A stretch of DNA of 62,251 bases from contig WFNO01000005.1 of NCBI GenBank assembly GCA_015488555.1, positions 1 through 62,251 on the forward strand, in the 5' to 3' direction. A program made the position numbers and the translations under genes. Positions 9,609-19,276 of the stretch are shown piece by piece. Each line of letters starts with the position of its first letter. Position 1 is the stretch's first letter. This DNA is from Gammaproteobacteria bacterium. Lineage in GTDB: Bacteria > Pseudomonadota > Gammaproteobacteria > SZUA-140. The notes below the pieces were generated by a model. That model was not told the DNA's origin and searched no databases. It worked only from the letters and a program-made list of their open reading frames with translations.

Positions 9609-10571
9609 TCATGGCCGAGAGGGCACATCGGCCGGGCGCGAACCCCCGCGCATGCCTTGTCGCACCTCCTCCAGGATCTCGCAGATCCGCGACATGCCCT
9701 GCAGGATGCGTGGTCCCGGCCGACTGACCCAGTCGGCGGGCACGGTGTAGAGTCGCCCCAGACGCACGGCACGCAAGTGCGGCAATTCCCGCCAGCGGGC
9801 AAAAGGGTCTCCCGCGGGTGGTTTTGCGGTAATGAAGACCCATGGATCGGCGCGCAACAGGACTTCCACGTCGATGGTGGGCGTGGCCTGCTCCAGGCGG
9901 GAGAAGGGATTGTCGCCACCACAACGCCGCAGGAGTTCACCGATGACATGGCGGCCATTCACCGTCATGAGCGGTCGATCCCAGAGCTGATAGAACACCG
10001 GCACCGGCGTCTTGTCTCCGTAGCGCCGGGTCAAGTCTCGCAGGCGCGTCCGGAAACGGCCGGCCGCCTCCCGGGCCCGGCTCTCGTGGCCCGTGAGCCG
10101 CCCCAGGTCTTCCAGTTCGGCGGCGATGCGCGCCAGGGTGTCACTGGCAGCGACATAGACGGCGATGCCGGCTTCTTCCAGGCGCTCCAGATCCGCAGGT
10201 TTGAACCCGCTGCGCCAGGCCACCACCAACTGCGGGCGCAGGATCAGCAGGCGCTCCAGATCCACCCGGAAGGCGTCCCCCACCTGCGGCAGGCGGCGCG
10301 CTTCCGGTGGGTGATCGCTGAAGGCCGACACTCCCACTACTGCGGCGCCGGCCCCGATCTCGAACAACATCTCGGTCACATGGGGCGCCAGACTCACGAT
10401 ACGCGCGGCCGGTGCCTCCAGTCGCACCGCCTGCCCGCGGGCATCCACGACACTGACCCGCCCCCATGCATACGGCGCCGCCAATACCAGGCAGAACACA
10501 CCCCCCCACAGGATCGGCTCGTGCCAGCCGCACCTGCGCTTGCCGAATGAGAATAAGAGATAGGGGATCAC
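9609..10571 (-). CDS. btuF: Periplasmic cobalamin-binding protein
   Basis: RIVSLAPHVTEMLFEIGAG, SDHP, DLERLLILRPQLVVAW, CGGDNPF, RPGPRI; B12 context. The GTG start at 10571 is inferred because the longer ORF overlaps the upstream gene. Confidence 0.85.
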   Translation of the reverse strand: MIPYLLFSFGKRRCGWHEPILWGGVFCLVLAAPYAWGRVSVVDARGQAVRLEAPAARIVSLAPHVTEMLFEIGAGAAVVGVSAFSDHPPEARRLPQVGDAFRVDLERLLILRPQLVVAWRSGFKPADLERLEEAGIAVYVAASDTLARIAAELEDLGRLTGHESRAREAAGRFRTRLRDLTRRYGDKTPVPVFYQLWDRPLMTVNGRHVIGELLRRCGGDNPFSRLEQATPTIDVEVLLRADPWVFITAKPPAGDPFARWRELPHLRAVRLGRLYTVPADWVSRPGPRILQGMSRICEILEEVRQGMRGGSRPADVPSRP

Positions 10572-10575
10572 GCAC

Positions 10576-11175
10576 TCACCGCAACTGCAAGGCCGGCGGC
10601 CGCTCGCCATCACCGCGAATGCGCAGGAGCGCCGCATGCCCCACGTGCAAGCGGAACAGATGCCCGGGCGGGGCCCCCAGGAGATGCGCCACCACCGCAC
10701 GCATCACCCCGGCATGCGTCACCACCAGGAGGCGTTCACCGGGATGGCGGGCCAGCACCTCCTCCCACACCGATTGCACGCGGGCCATAAAGGCCGCCAC
10801 GCCCTCGAAGCCCGGCGGGGCCGCGCCCACGGGGTCGTGATAGAAACGCCGCAGGCAATGCGGATCCCGGGCTCGTAACTCCGCGGCACTGCGTCCTTCC
10901 CAGAGACCGAAGCCGATCTCCTTCCAGCGCTCGTCCACCTCCAGCGGAACACCCAGTTCTCGCGCCAGATGCTGCGCGAACGTCCGGCAGCGACTCAGTG
11001 GCGAGCTGAGGACGCGCTGCCAAGGCGCCTGCCCGGCCACCGCTTCCTGCATCTGCCGCCAACCGCGCTCGGTGAGGGGATCGTCCCGCCACCCCCGGTA
11101 GCGGCGCCCGCCCAGCGGTTCCCCGTGGCGCAACAGATCCACTTCCACCCGCATGGTGGCAGACGCTTCGTTCAT
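10576..11175 (-). CDS. cobC: Histidine phosphatase family protein, likely alpha-ribazole phosphatase
   Basis: LLRHGE, SSPLSRC, EIGFGLWEG and VTHAGV motifs; the specificity is inferred from the adjacent btuF and pduO. Confidence 0.75.
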   Translation of the reverse strand: MNEASATMRVEVDLLRHGEPLGGRRYRGWRDDPLTERGWRQMQEAVAGQAPWQRVLSSPLSRCRTFAQHLARELGVPLEVDERWKEIGFGLWEGRSAAELRARDPHCLRRFYHDPVGAAPPGFEGVAAFMARVQSVWEEVLARHPGERLLVVTHAGVMRAVVAHLLGAPPGHLFRLHVGHAALLRIRGDGERPPALQLR

Positions 11176-11741
11176 ACCTCTTCTCCGATCAGACGCCGGC
11201 GGAAATACGTCCAGCGAAAGGCAGGACCGGGATCGGTCTTGCGCTGTGGTGCCACATGATAGTGACCCACGATACGCTCCGGACGGATCAGCGGATAATG
11301 TGCCATCAACAGCTGCGCGATCTCCACCAGCACTTCGTATTGGACCGTCTCATAGGGGATGTGATCGCAGCCTTCCAATTCGATCCCGATGGAAAAATCG
11401 TTGCAGCGGGACCGCCCTTCGAAGCAGGATTCCCCCGCATGCCAGGCCCGTTTGTGAAAGGGCACGAATTGCGTCACGCCGCCTTGACGATCGATGAACA
11501 GATGGGCGGAGACCCGCAGCCCCGCCAGTTCCGAGAACACGGGATGGGCACCCGGATCCAGGCGGTTGGTGAACAGGGCCTCCACGTGGCCCTGACCGAA
11601 GCAGCCCTCCGGCAGGCTGATGCCATGGATCACCAGCAGATCGATGGCCGTGCCCGGCGGGCGCTCGTCGTGATTGGGAGAGGGCAGGCGGCGCGCCGAC
11701 GCCAGCCATCCGTCCTCGATACGCGCGTGTATGCCATCCAT
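11172..11741 (-). CDS. ampD: 1,6-anhydro-N-acetylmuramyl-L-alanine amidase
   Basis: SPNHDERP, LLVIHGISLP, VSAHLFI, RAWHAGES, CNDFSIGIELEG and RKTDPG motifs. Confidence 0.95.
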   Translation of the reverse strand: MDGIHARIEDGWLASARRLPSPNHDERPPGTAIDLLVIHGISLPEGCFGQGHVEALFTNRLDPGAHPVFSELAGLRVSAHLFIDRQGGVTQFVPFHKRAWHAGESCFEGRSRCNDFSIGIELEGCDHIPYETVQYEVLVEIAQLLMAHYPLIRPERIVGHYHVAPQRKTDPGPAFRWTYFRRRLIGEEV

Positions 11742-11796
11742 GCCGTCATGATACCATCCGCGCGGCCATCGGAAGGGAACCGCAGGGCGGGACAAA

Positions 11797-12708
11797 CTAG
11801 CGGGTGTGTGGATGCTGCAACAGACAGGCCTTGAGGTCGAGAGCCGTCATCAGATCGATGTCCTCATACTGATCGCCCATCAGACGGCTCTTCAAGGCCA
11901 CCACCACATGTTCCTCGTCGCGCCGCAGGATCCGCCCCTTGATGATGAAAGAGCGCATCTGCACCGGCAGATCCACGGCCACGATCACCGCGCGCCGCCG
12001 AGCCAGCTGATGCTTGAGATTCTCGCTCTCCGGCAGGCGCAGTTTGAAGCTGGACTCGGTGAAATCCACCAGCAGGCACTCCCAGGGGCCTTCCTCCTCG
12101 CTGAAAAAAAGCTTCACGGGGATCTGAGTCTTGATACGATGATGCTGGCGCTGATCCACGTGCTGCAAGGTCTCCGTTTGCACCTCCAGCACGATCACCG
12201 AATGATTGGCGTAATATCCTTCCTTTAGCAACACATTCTTGCGGATGCGCGCGTCCACGTGCGGCACGCCCTTGTGCGTGAAGACGGACATGAGCGTGAA
12301 CTGCTCGCCACGCTGAAACCAGCCGCCGCTCTTGAGGGCTGCTTTGCTCACATAATCCAGATCCTTGTTGGTCACTCCCACATCGGGAATGACGAAACAG
12401 AAGCTGTACAACTCCCGCAGGGTCACATCCTTCCAATCGTCGTCCAGCACGATCGAAGGCGTGCCCTCACTGGAACGTTCCACATGGATGTCGTTCTGAG
12501 TGTAGACCAGATAGTGATTGAGCCCGTAGGCAATGATCAGAGACTCCAGCACGATGTCCTTGCGGAGCACCGGAAAATAGCGAATCTTACCGCCGATGGG
12601 GAAACATTCCATGACCTCCACCACCCGCTCATTGTCTAGCAGTTTCGGGACCTCGGGCAGGGCTGATTTCCCTTTCCGGGTCGTGGATTTGGCCATAAAT
12701 CCAAACAT
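11797..12708 (-). CDS. PilZ-domain protein
   Basis: C-terminal DQRQHHRI (RxxxR) followed by LVDFTESSF (degenerate DxSxxG); start taken at MFGFMAK because the longer ORF runs through the palindrome. Confidence 0.7.
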   Translation of the reverse strand: MFGFMAKSTTRKGKSALPEVPKLLDNERVVEVMECFPIGGKIRYFPVLRKDIVLESLIIAYGLNHYLVYTQNDIHVERSSEGTPSIVLDDDWKDVTLRELYSFCFVIPDVGVTNKDLDYVSKAALKSGGWFQRGEQFTLMSVFTHKGVPHVDARIRKNVLLKEGYYANHSVIVLEVQTETLQHVDQRQHHRIKTQIPVKLFFSEEEGPWECLLVDFTESSFKLRLPESENLKHQLARRRAVIVAVDLPVQMRSFIIKGRILRRDEEHVVVALKSRLMGDQYEDIDLMTALDLKACLLQHPHTR

Positions 12709-12771
12709 CGCGCTACCTTCAAGCCGATACTCTGCAAAACTTGCAAAATCGATGCCCACCATCCTCAAGGT

Positions 12772-12820
12772 GGTCGGTGACAAACGCAAATACAAATGAT
12801 TTGCGTTTGTCACCGACCCC
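12772..12820. repeat. REP-like perfect palindrome, copy 2 (20-bp arms, 7-nt loop)
   Basis: 49 bp identical to 6998-7046, with the same loop orientation; lies between divergent genes. Confidence 0.92.
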
Positions 12821-12928
12821 GGGATGAAAATAGGGTCTCGTTTGTCAGCGGCTGCAGGCTGGGGTAGAGTGGGAGAAACTCCCCGCATCACAGACACCGG
12901 CAACCACCACATGAGGGAGGTCAGCCAG

Positions 12929-14722
12929 ATGTTGCGCCCTGCTCCGGTTCTCGCCGTGACATGCGCCCTGTTCCTCAGCGCTTGCGCCATTCTCAAGCCG
13001 CCCGCCAAGGCCCCCGCCTGGACCACCTACGAGGACGTCCCCCTGTTGAACCTGGCCATGGATGGGCTGCGCATCGGCCTGCTGGCGGACACCCGGATCG
13101 CCACGGAACAGAACCTCAGCCTGCTGGCTCGCGATGGCCGTACCGCGCGACCAACCTCTACCCGTCGTCCCCCCGCCCTCGAGCGACTGGCGCCGGACAT
13201 GCTGACCTACGCCTTGCGGCGTCTCATCGACGAACAGGATGTGGCACTCATCCTCTACCTGGGCAACGGCGCCGAAAATGGCTGCAGCGACGAACTGAAT
13301 ACCGTGTTCGAGATCCTGGAACGCTTTCGCCGTGGCGAAGGCACGCGCAAGGGAACGCCGACACCCATCTTCTACGTCATCGGCAACCATGACTATCTGG
13401 GCGGCGGCTACACCCCGGCCATGCCGGACCGCAATCGCCTGTGTTTCGACAGTCCCGTGGCGCTGGATACCCGGCTCAATACACCGGTGGACAAGTTCAC
13501 GCTCCTCACCCGCATTCATGCCTTCAACCAGGCCAATTTCGACGGTTCCATTCCCGGTATGGAACAGGTGGCCGCCGCCTGGCGTTACATCGACAGTTAC
13601 GACGAGAAACGCCTCTACGAGGCCTGCGTGATACGCGACCGGGGGCGCTATCAACACGTCAAGGCGGGCTGCTACCTGGCCGGCAAGTTGATCTACAAGG
13701 ATGGCTCGGAGATCCTCCTGGTGGACAGCTCCGATTATTACGATGGCGGACACGACCGAGGGGGCTTCGCCGGTGCCCCCGTTTTCAAGAAGTCCTGGTA
13801 CGGGCTGACGGGTTGGATCTCCACTCGCGGCCCGGGAGATCCCGAGGCCGAATGCAGTGCAGAAGACCCACCGCTCATCAGCCAGGTACAGTGGTATCGC
13901 TGCCAGCAAACAGAACAGCCCCCACCGGTACGCATCGTCGCGGCCCACTATCCACCGTACAGCTTGTCGCCCATCGCCCGCGTAGTACTGAACAACCAGG
14001 ACACTCTGTGTGCCCTGTCTCCCCTCTTGCTGCCCGAACCCCGCCATGGCAACTTCTGGTTCTCGGCCCTCACCCAACGCCCGCGCAGCAACACCACCAT
14101 CCGCTTCGATCTCGGCCTGTGCCTGGGTGAACCCGAGAGCCGTGACCTGGAGATCGGCACGCTCAACATCGGCTCCACGGTGGACTACGATCGTTTTCTG
14201 GACCGGGGCACCACCGAACGGCTGGAGCGCACCGGCTCCATGGCCCAGTTCGTAGGCTTCGAACCCGGTGCCTACGTGGCCAGCATCGCCATGGTGGAGA
14301 GCGACAAGGGCAGCCGCATCGTGACTCGCCACGTCTCGCCCGACATCCGCCGCTGCGATGCCGTACTCGAAGCACTGCGCCGTGAACCCACGGTGGCATC
14401 ACCCCACTACGTCCCGGTGCGGGATTCACTGGCCTACCAGAACCTGTTCGGCATGGGTAGGGGTTTCCTGGCAAAGGACTGGACCCGTTACGACCACGTC
14501 TATGCCCACCGCAATCTGGAACAATTACTGGATTATTTCACGCTGCGTTTCGTCGCCCCGCACGAATCAGGCGGGCTGAGCGCAGAGGACGTACGCATGT
14601 GCCTGGCGTTGGAAGCCTCGCGCCTGGCCAACATCCCCGGCGCGGAAGGCTTCGAGTGCAAGACCTGCCCATCGTGGCGCCGCATGCGCCGGCTGGAATT
14701 CGAGGAACGCGCCAACTATTGA
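12929..14722 (+). CDS. Lipoprotein with a degenerate calcineurin-like metallophosphoesterase fold
   Basis: Lipobox LFLSAC; motif order GLLADTR, LYLGNG, YVIGNHD, LLVDSS, VAAHYP; GGAGG RBS before ATG 12929. Confidence 0.65.
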   Translation: MLRPAPVLAVTCALFLSACAILKPPAKAPAWTTYEDVPLLNLAMDGLRIGLLADTRIATEQNLSLLARDGRTARPTSTRRPPALERLAPDMLTYALRRLIDEQDVALILYLGNGAENGCSDELNTVFEILERFRRGEGTRKGTPTPIFYVIGNHDYLGGGYTPAMPDRNRLCFDSPVALDTRLNTPVDKFTLLTRIHAFNQANFDGSIPGMEQVAAAWRYIDSYDEKRLYEACVIRDRGRYQHVKAGCYLAGKLIYKDGSEILLVDSSDYYDGGHDRGGFAGAPVFKKSWYGLTGWISTRGPGDPEAECSAEDPPLISQVQWYRCQQTEQPPPVRIVAAHYPPYSLSPIARVVLNNQDTLCALSPLLLPEPRHGNFWFSALTQRPRSNTTIRFDLGLCLGEPESRDLEIGTLNIGSTVDYDRFLDRGTTERLERTGSMAQFVGFEPGAYVASIAMVESDKGSRIVTRHVSPDIRRCDAVLEALRREPTVASPHYVPVRDSLAYQNLFGMGRGFLAKDWTRYDHVYAHRNLEQLLDYFTLRFVAPHESGGLSAEDVRMCLALEASRLANIPGAEGFECKTCPSWRRMRRLEFEERANY

Positions 14723-14755
14723 AATCTGCACCACGACCGCCGGCAAAAATTGCCG

Positions 14756-15019
14756 TCAGCGTAGTCGAGGGTGCAGGTATTCCGCCTCGCAGGCCTTACG
14801 GATGAGTTCTGCAGCCACGTCGCTGCCCACACGGGGCAGATAGGCGAACAGACAACTGCGGTACTTGCCCTCGCGCACGTCTTTGCCTTCGCCGCTGTCG
14901 AGCGGCGCCGTGGTGATCATTGTCCGCGGTACCCCTGGCGGTAATGCTTCGAGTGGAGCGGTACGATCGGCGGCCAGAACTGGAGCCGCGCCCAACAGCA
15001 GGGCCAGGGCCACGGTCAT
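14756..15019 (-). CDS. Small secreted protein with a two-Cys helical module (resembles one VF_A0006-type repeat)
   Basis: Signal peptide ending VLA-A; YRSCLFAYLPRVGSDVAAELIRKACEAEY. The family resemblance is from memory. Confidence 0.6.
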   Translation of the reverse strand: MTVALALLLGAAPVLAADRTAPLEALPPGVPRTMITTAPLDSGEGKDVREGKYRSCLFAYLPRVGSDVAAELIRKACEAEYLHPRLR

Positions 15020-15130
15020 GAGGAGAACCCCTCGCAGGATGCCTTGTATGTCTCACTCCCCCGGGCCGAATCACTGGAGAACACAGCAAAGTGCGTGCCG
15101 GCTCTGGATGGGGCACGAGGAGAGGAAAGA

Positions 15131-15206
<76 letters not shown>

Positions 15207-15249
15207 GCATTTCAAGGTGCGCAATCAGGCAGGCAATTCTACTACAGGA

Positions 15250-16395
15250 TCAGGGTGACAAAAAGTCCAGCGCCGCCCGTGTCTCCCAATTCTCTTTGCG
15301 GCCCGGATCGTAAGGTGCGGGATCCACCTCGGGTGGCACGCCGGTAAGCAAGTCCGCCAACAGGCGGGCGCTGGCCGGCCCCAGGACCACGCCGTTGCGA
15401 AAATGCCCGCAATTGACATACAGCCCGGCAATACCGGGTACAGCCCCGATATAAGGAATACCTGCCGGCGCGCCGGGACGCAGGCCGGCCCATTGTCGAA
15501 CCAGGGGTTGCTCCGCCAGAGCTGGGATCATTCGAGCAGCCGCGGCCTGGAGATCCTCACGCACGGTTGAGGTGATGGAACGATCGAAGCCCACTTCCTC
15601 CACGCTGCTGCCCACCAGGATGTAGCCATCACGGCGGGGAATCACGTAGCGCCCTTGGCTGAGGATGATATGCCGCACCAGTGTGGGCTGAGCCCGATAG
15701 AGCAACATCTGGCCGCGCACGGGATACACCGGAAGGCGGACACCCAGCCGCGCGAGGAGAGTACCACTCCAGGCACCGCCTGCCACTACTACGTTCGGGG
15801 CCCGGTACCGGTCGCCCGCAGCCGTGCTCACGCCCTCCACATGCGCGTTCCTGTAGGAAATTTGGACGACCTCGACGCCTTCCAGCAATTCGATGCCGGC
15901 GGTGGACCGCAGTTCGGCCCGCAGGGCGCGCAGTAGGCGCGGATTGCGGATCTGAGCCACCGCCGGTAACCACAGACTCCGGTCCGGCACCGCTCCCACC
16001 GCTGGCTCCAGTTCCCGGCAACAGACTTCGTCCACCACTTCGAGCGCCTCCTGCCACTCCTGGGCCCAAGTATGGGCTGGCTTTTCCTCGCCATCCTCCA
16101 AGATCAATAAACCGCTCGGAGTCCATTCCGGATCGATACCGGTTGTCGCCGCCAGGTCCTCAGCCAGCTGCGGATAGACCTGCCGGCTCCACGTAGCGAG
16201 CACGTTCACCGCCTGTGGATAACGCCAGGGATAGAGCGGAGACAGGATGCCGCCACCTGCCCAAGAAGACTCTCCTCCTGCATGCCCTCGCTCCAGCACG
16301 CACACCCGCAGGCCGCAGCGGTGCAGCGTCCGAGCCGTGAGCATGCCGATCAGACCGCCTCCCACGATCAGGCAATCCGGTGTGCTCTCACCCAT
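15250..16395 (-). CDS. thiO: Glycine oxidase / FAD-dependent D-amino acid oxidase
   Basis: IVGGGLIG, SSWAGGGILSP, PVRGQM, WAGLRP and GHFRNG motifs; typical position next to the minor pilin operon. Confidence 0.9.
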   Translation of the reverse strand: MGESTPDCLIVGGGLIGMLTARTLHRCGLRVCVLERGHAGGESSWAGGGILSPLYPWRYPQAVNVLATWSRQVYPQLAEDLAATTGIDPEWTPSGLLILEDGEEKPAHTWAQEWQEALEVVDEVCCRELEPAVGAVPDRSLWLPAVAQIRNPRLLRALRAELRSTAGIELLEGVEVVQISYRNAHVEGVSTAAGDRYRAPNVVVAGGAWSGTLLARLGVRLPVYPVRGQMLLYRAQPTLVRHIILSQGRYVIPRRDGYILVGSSVEEVGFDRSITSTVREDLQAAAARMIPALAEQPLVRQWAGLRPGAPAGIPYIGAVPGIAGLYVNCGHFRNGVVLGPASARLLADLLTGVPPEVDPAPYDPGRKENWETRAALDFLSP

Positions 16396-16610
16396 CTCTC
16401 ATACCCTGCTAGCAGTTAGCCCACCGCTGAATTTTTCAGCCAAGCGGTCGATAAACACTGTGTCCACCCCCCAGGCGGCTTCATGGCGGGGATCACAAGA
16501 GGTGCCTGGGGGAAACTGCTGAAACTGCACAACGGCCATTCGTCGGCCTGCGGTGACTGTTCGTCGGCGATTCCGTGACTGTTCATGCCATCGATGTTAT
16601 CAAAACCCAC

Positions 16611-17099
16611 ATGAAAAACGCAGAGACAGGTTTCACGCTCATCGAGCTGCTCATCGCGTTGCTCATCGGTGCCATCCTGGCTACCTTGGCGGCGCCGAGC
16701 TTCATGGACACCATCCGGCGCAACCGCCTGGTATCCGCCAGCAACGATTTTCTTGCCACGCTGAATTACGCACGCAGCGAAGCCATCAAACGTGGACAGA
16801 CCATCACCATCTGTCCTAGCAACGACCAGGCCAGCTGTACCAGTTCTCCCTGGCAAGACGGCTGGATCGTGCAGGAGGAAAACTCCAGTGAATTGTTGCG
16901 TGCCCACGGCGCGCTGGACGGCGGGGCCACGCTCGTCAAAACAGATACCAGCACTACGCTCCAGTACACCCCGCGAGGGCTGCTCGCAGGCGGCAACAGC
17001 GCCACTTTCAATCTCTGCGTCGCCAGTGGTTTTGAAGGCAGGCAGATCGTTATCAGTGCTACGGGCAGGGCCAGGATCGTCGAATACAACGGCTGCTGA
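16611..17099 (+). CDS. fimT: GspH/FimT-family minor pilin (FimT/FimU)
   Basis: GFTLIELL prepilin cleavage motif, ARSEAIKR, WQDGWIV, GRARI. Confidence 0.88.
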   Translation: MKNAETGFTLIELLIALLIGAILATLAAPSFMDTIRRNRLVSASNDFLATLNYARSEAIKRGQTITICPSNDQASCTSSPWQDGWIVQEENSSELLRAHGALDGGATLVKTDTSTTLQYTPRGLLAGGNSATFNLCVASGFEGRQIVISATGRARIVEYNGC

Positions 17100-17121
17100 G
17101 AGAGACTACGGATAAAAACGG

Positions 17122-17628
17122 ATGAAACCTGCGATGATATCACGTTCCCTTTACGCCGCCTGGTATCCTGTCCACCGCCAGCGCGGAATTTCCATGATGG
17201 AGGTGCTGGTGACGGTGTTGGTCTTGTCTATTGGCCTGTTGGGATTGGCTGGCCTACAACTCACCGGCCTGCGTTACAATCACAGTGCCTATCTGCGCTC
17301 GCAGGCTACTCTGCTCGCCTCGGACATCATCGACCGCATGCGCGTCAACCGCGACCAAGCCCTCTATGGGGCCTACGATATCGATTTCGGCGACTACAGC
17401 AGCAGTATCACTTGTGCCACCGTGAACGCTGATTGCTCGCCCGCCGATTTGGCCCAAGCCGATCTCTCGGAGTGGAAACAGAACTTGCAGGACTTGCTAC
17501 CCTCTGGGGACGGTGCCATCGCGCGCGCCATCAACGGCGACGAGGTTCGTTTCACCGTAACCATTCAGTGGGACGACACCCGCGGCGAACAAAGCCCAGT
17601 GAGGTTGCCCGTGGAGACTCTCCTATGA
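17122..17628 (+). CDS. pilV: Type IV pilus modification protein PilV
   Basis: GISMMEVLV, GLLGLAGLQ, RSQATLLASDIIDRMR, LPSGDG. Confidence 0.92.
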   Translation: MKPAMISRSLYAAWYPVHRQRGISMMEVLVTVLVLSIGLLGLAGLQLTGLRYNHSAYLRSQATLLASDIIDRMRVNRDQALYGAYDIDFGDYSSSITCATVNADCSPADLAQADLSEWKQNLQDLLPSGDGAIARAINGDEVRFTVTIQWDDTRGEQSPVRLPVETLL

Positions 17629-18677
17629 ATCATGGCAAACATTGCAGTACAACCTGTATTCAGTCTCAGCACGGCATGACCTTGGTAGAGATCCTGGTGG
17701 CCCTGGCCTTGAGCTTGCTCCTGCTCGCCGGAGTGATGGAGATCATGCTTTCCAGCAAACAAGCCTTCCGCATCCAGGATGGGCTGTCTCGGCTACAGGA
17801 GAACGCCCGTTTCGCTATGCAGTTCCTGAGTGAGGACCTGCGCATGGCTGGTTATTCTGGTTGCAGCAGTGCCAGGGTGCCCAATAACATCGTAGACCTG
17901 GACGGAGACGGTGTAGCCGATGATGTATATGACTTCGCCCAAGACGGCCTGATAGGATTCGAATACCCTGCACTTCCCATTATCCTCACCGCTACCGAAA
18001 GCCTCACCCCAGTCGAGGTCACTCCGAATACCGACATCGTGGTAATCATGTATGGCTCTCCTGCTGAGTCATTCAACCTGCTGGGCAACCTGCAAGCAAA
18101 CAATGCCAACATCCAACTTCCACGAACCGACGTATTCGCTGCCGGTGACGTACTTCTCATTAGCGATTGCAGCACTGCTGATATCTTCTCCGCCACCAAT
18201 GTCACCAACGGTAGCAGTCGCACCACCATCGCCCATGCAAACAACAACAATCTAGACAACAGACTGAGCAAAGCCTACGGCACTGATGCCACCGTCATGG
18301 GCCTGATCAAAGCGGCCTATTATGTTGGCCCCAATGCCGTTGGCATCCCCAGCCTATACCGAAAGCGCATGGTGGGCAGTGGCATGCAAGTAGAAGAACT
18401 TGTGGAAGGGGTTGAGAGTATGCAACTCCTATACGGTGAAGATCTCGATGCCGATGGCATTCCTAACCGTTATATACCAGCGGATGCGGTGGGAAATTTC
18501 GCCAATGTAGTGTCAGTACGTATCGGCCTGCTGCTACGCACTATCGATGAGGTGGACCGCCAGCTCAACACCAATACCTATAATGTACTCGATGAAACCG
18601 TCGATCCCGCGGACGATCGCCGCCTGCGGCGCATCTTCGAAACCACGATCATGCTACGCAACAGGAACATTTCATGA
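17625..18677 (+). CDS. pilW: Type IV pilus assembly protein PilW
   Basis: GMTLVEILVAL, QENARFA, LRMAGY, ELVEGVESMQLLYG, VVSVRIGLL; ATGA overlap with pilV. Confidence 0.92.
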   Translation: MNHGKHCSTTCIQSQHGMTLVEILVALALSLLLLAGVMEIMLSSKQAFRIQDGLSRLQENARFAMQFLSEDLRMAGYSGCSSARVPNNIVDLDGDGVADDVYDFAQDGLIGFEYPALPIILTATESLTPVEVTPNTDIVVIMYGSPAESFNLLGNLQANNANIQLPRTDVFAAGDVLLISDCSTADIFSATNVTNGSSRTTIAHANNNNLDNRLSKAYGTDATVMGLIKAAYYVGPNAVGIPSLYRKRMVGSGMQVEELVEGVESMQLLYGEDLDADGIPNRYIPADAVGNFANVVSVRIGLLLRTIDEVDRQLNTNTYNVLDETVDPADDRRLRRIFETTIMLRNRNIS

Positions 18678-19240
18678 TGGTACGACATCCATACATTGAA
18701 TTCAGAGGCCTCACACCCAATAAGCCTCCCTTCGGTCAACGGGGGGCGGCCCTCATTGTCAGCCTGTTGATTCTCATCATTCTCACCCTCATCGGCGTCT
18801 CTGCCATGAGCACCTCCAGCCTGGAGGAAAAGATGGCAAGCAACACCCGTGATCTCAATCTCGCCTTCCAGGCTGCGGAGAGCGCACTCATGGATGCCGA
18901 GCGTTTCATCGACGATCTGGCCTCGGTCTCGGCCTTCGATGGCAGTGTCGCCGGCCTCTACCCGCCCGTAAGCGAGAATAACCCGCCACCCGATTTCTTC
19001 AGCGGTCCGGTGTGGGAACAAGCCATCGTCTACTCCGGCACTATCGATGGGGTAGCCAGCCCGCCACGTTACATCATCGAGCTGGTGGGCACCATGGGCA
19101 ACGAGGACATCAACATAGGCGACTACAGCTCTTCTTCCGGTGCGGGAGAGATCACCACTTTCCGCATCACCGCCCGTGGCACGGGAGGCAGCGACAGCGC
19201 CGTAGTTTACCTGCAGACCTATTACGGCAGAAACATCTGA
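18674..19240 (+). CDS. pilX: Type IV pilus assembly protein PilX
   Basis: QRGAALIVSL (no Glu5), EEKMASN, AFQAAESAL, FRITARG. Confidence 0.92.
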   Translation: MMVRHPYIEFRGLTPNKPPFGQRGAALIVSLLILIILTLIGVSAMSTSSLEEKMASNTRDLNLAFQAAESALMDAERFIDDLASVSAFDGSVAGLYPPVSENNPPPDFFSGPVWEQAIVYSGTIDGVASPPRYIIELVGTMGNEDINIGDYSSSSGAGEITTFRITARGTGGSDSAVVYLQTYYGRNI

Positions 19241-19276
19241 GAACAACGACTCAGATCACGACACGGGAGAACGAAC

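Noticed and set aside
9609-10700. Longer BtuF start at 10700
   Set aside because: It overlaps cobC by more than 120 bp; a signal-like segment appears only further downstream.
6994-12820. CRISPR array or composite transposon defined by the two identical palindromes
   Set aside because: Only two copies 5.8 kb apart, no spacers or cas genes, and the enclosed genes are housekeeping with no transposase.
6565-13026. Shared peptide GSVTNAN...LRLSPT in ORFs 6565..7053, 6911..7126 and the N-terminus of 11797..13026
   Set aside because: It is just the translation of the non-coding palindrome.
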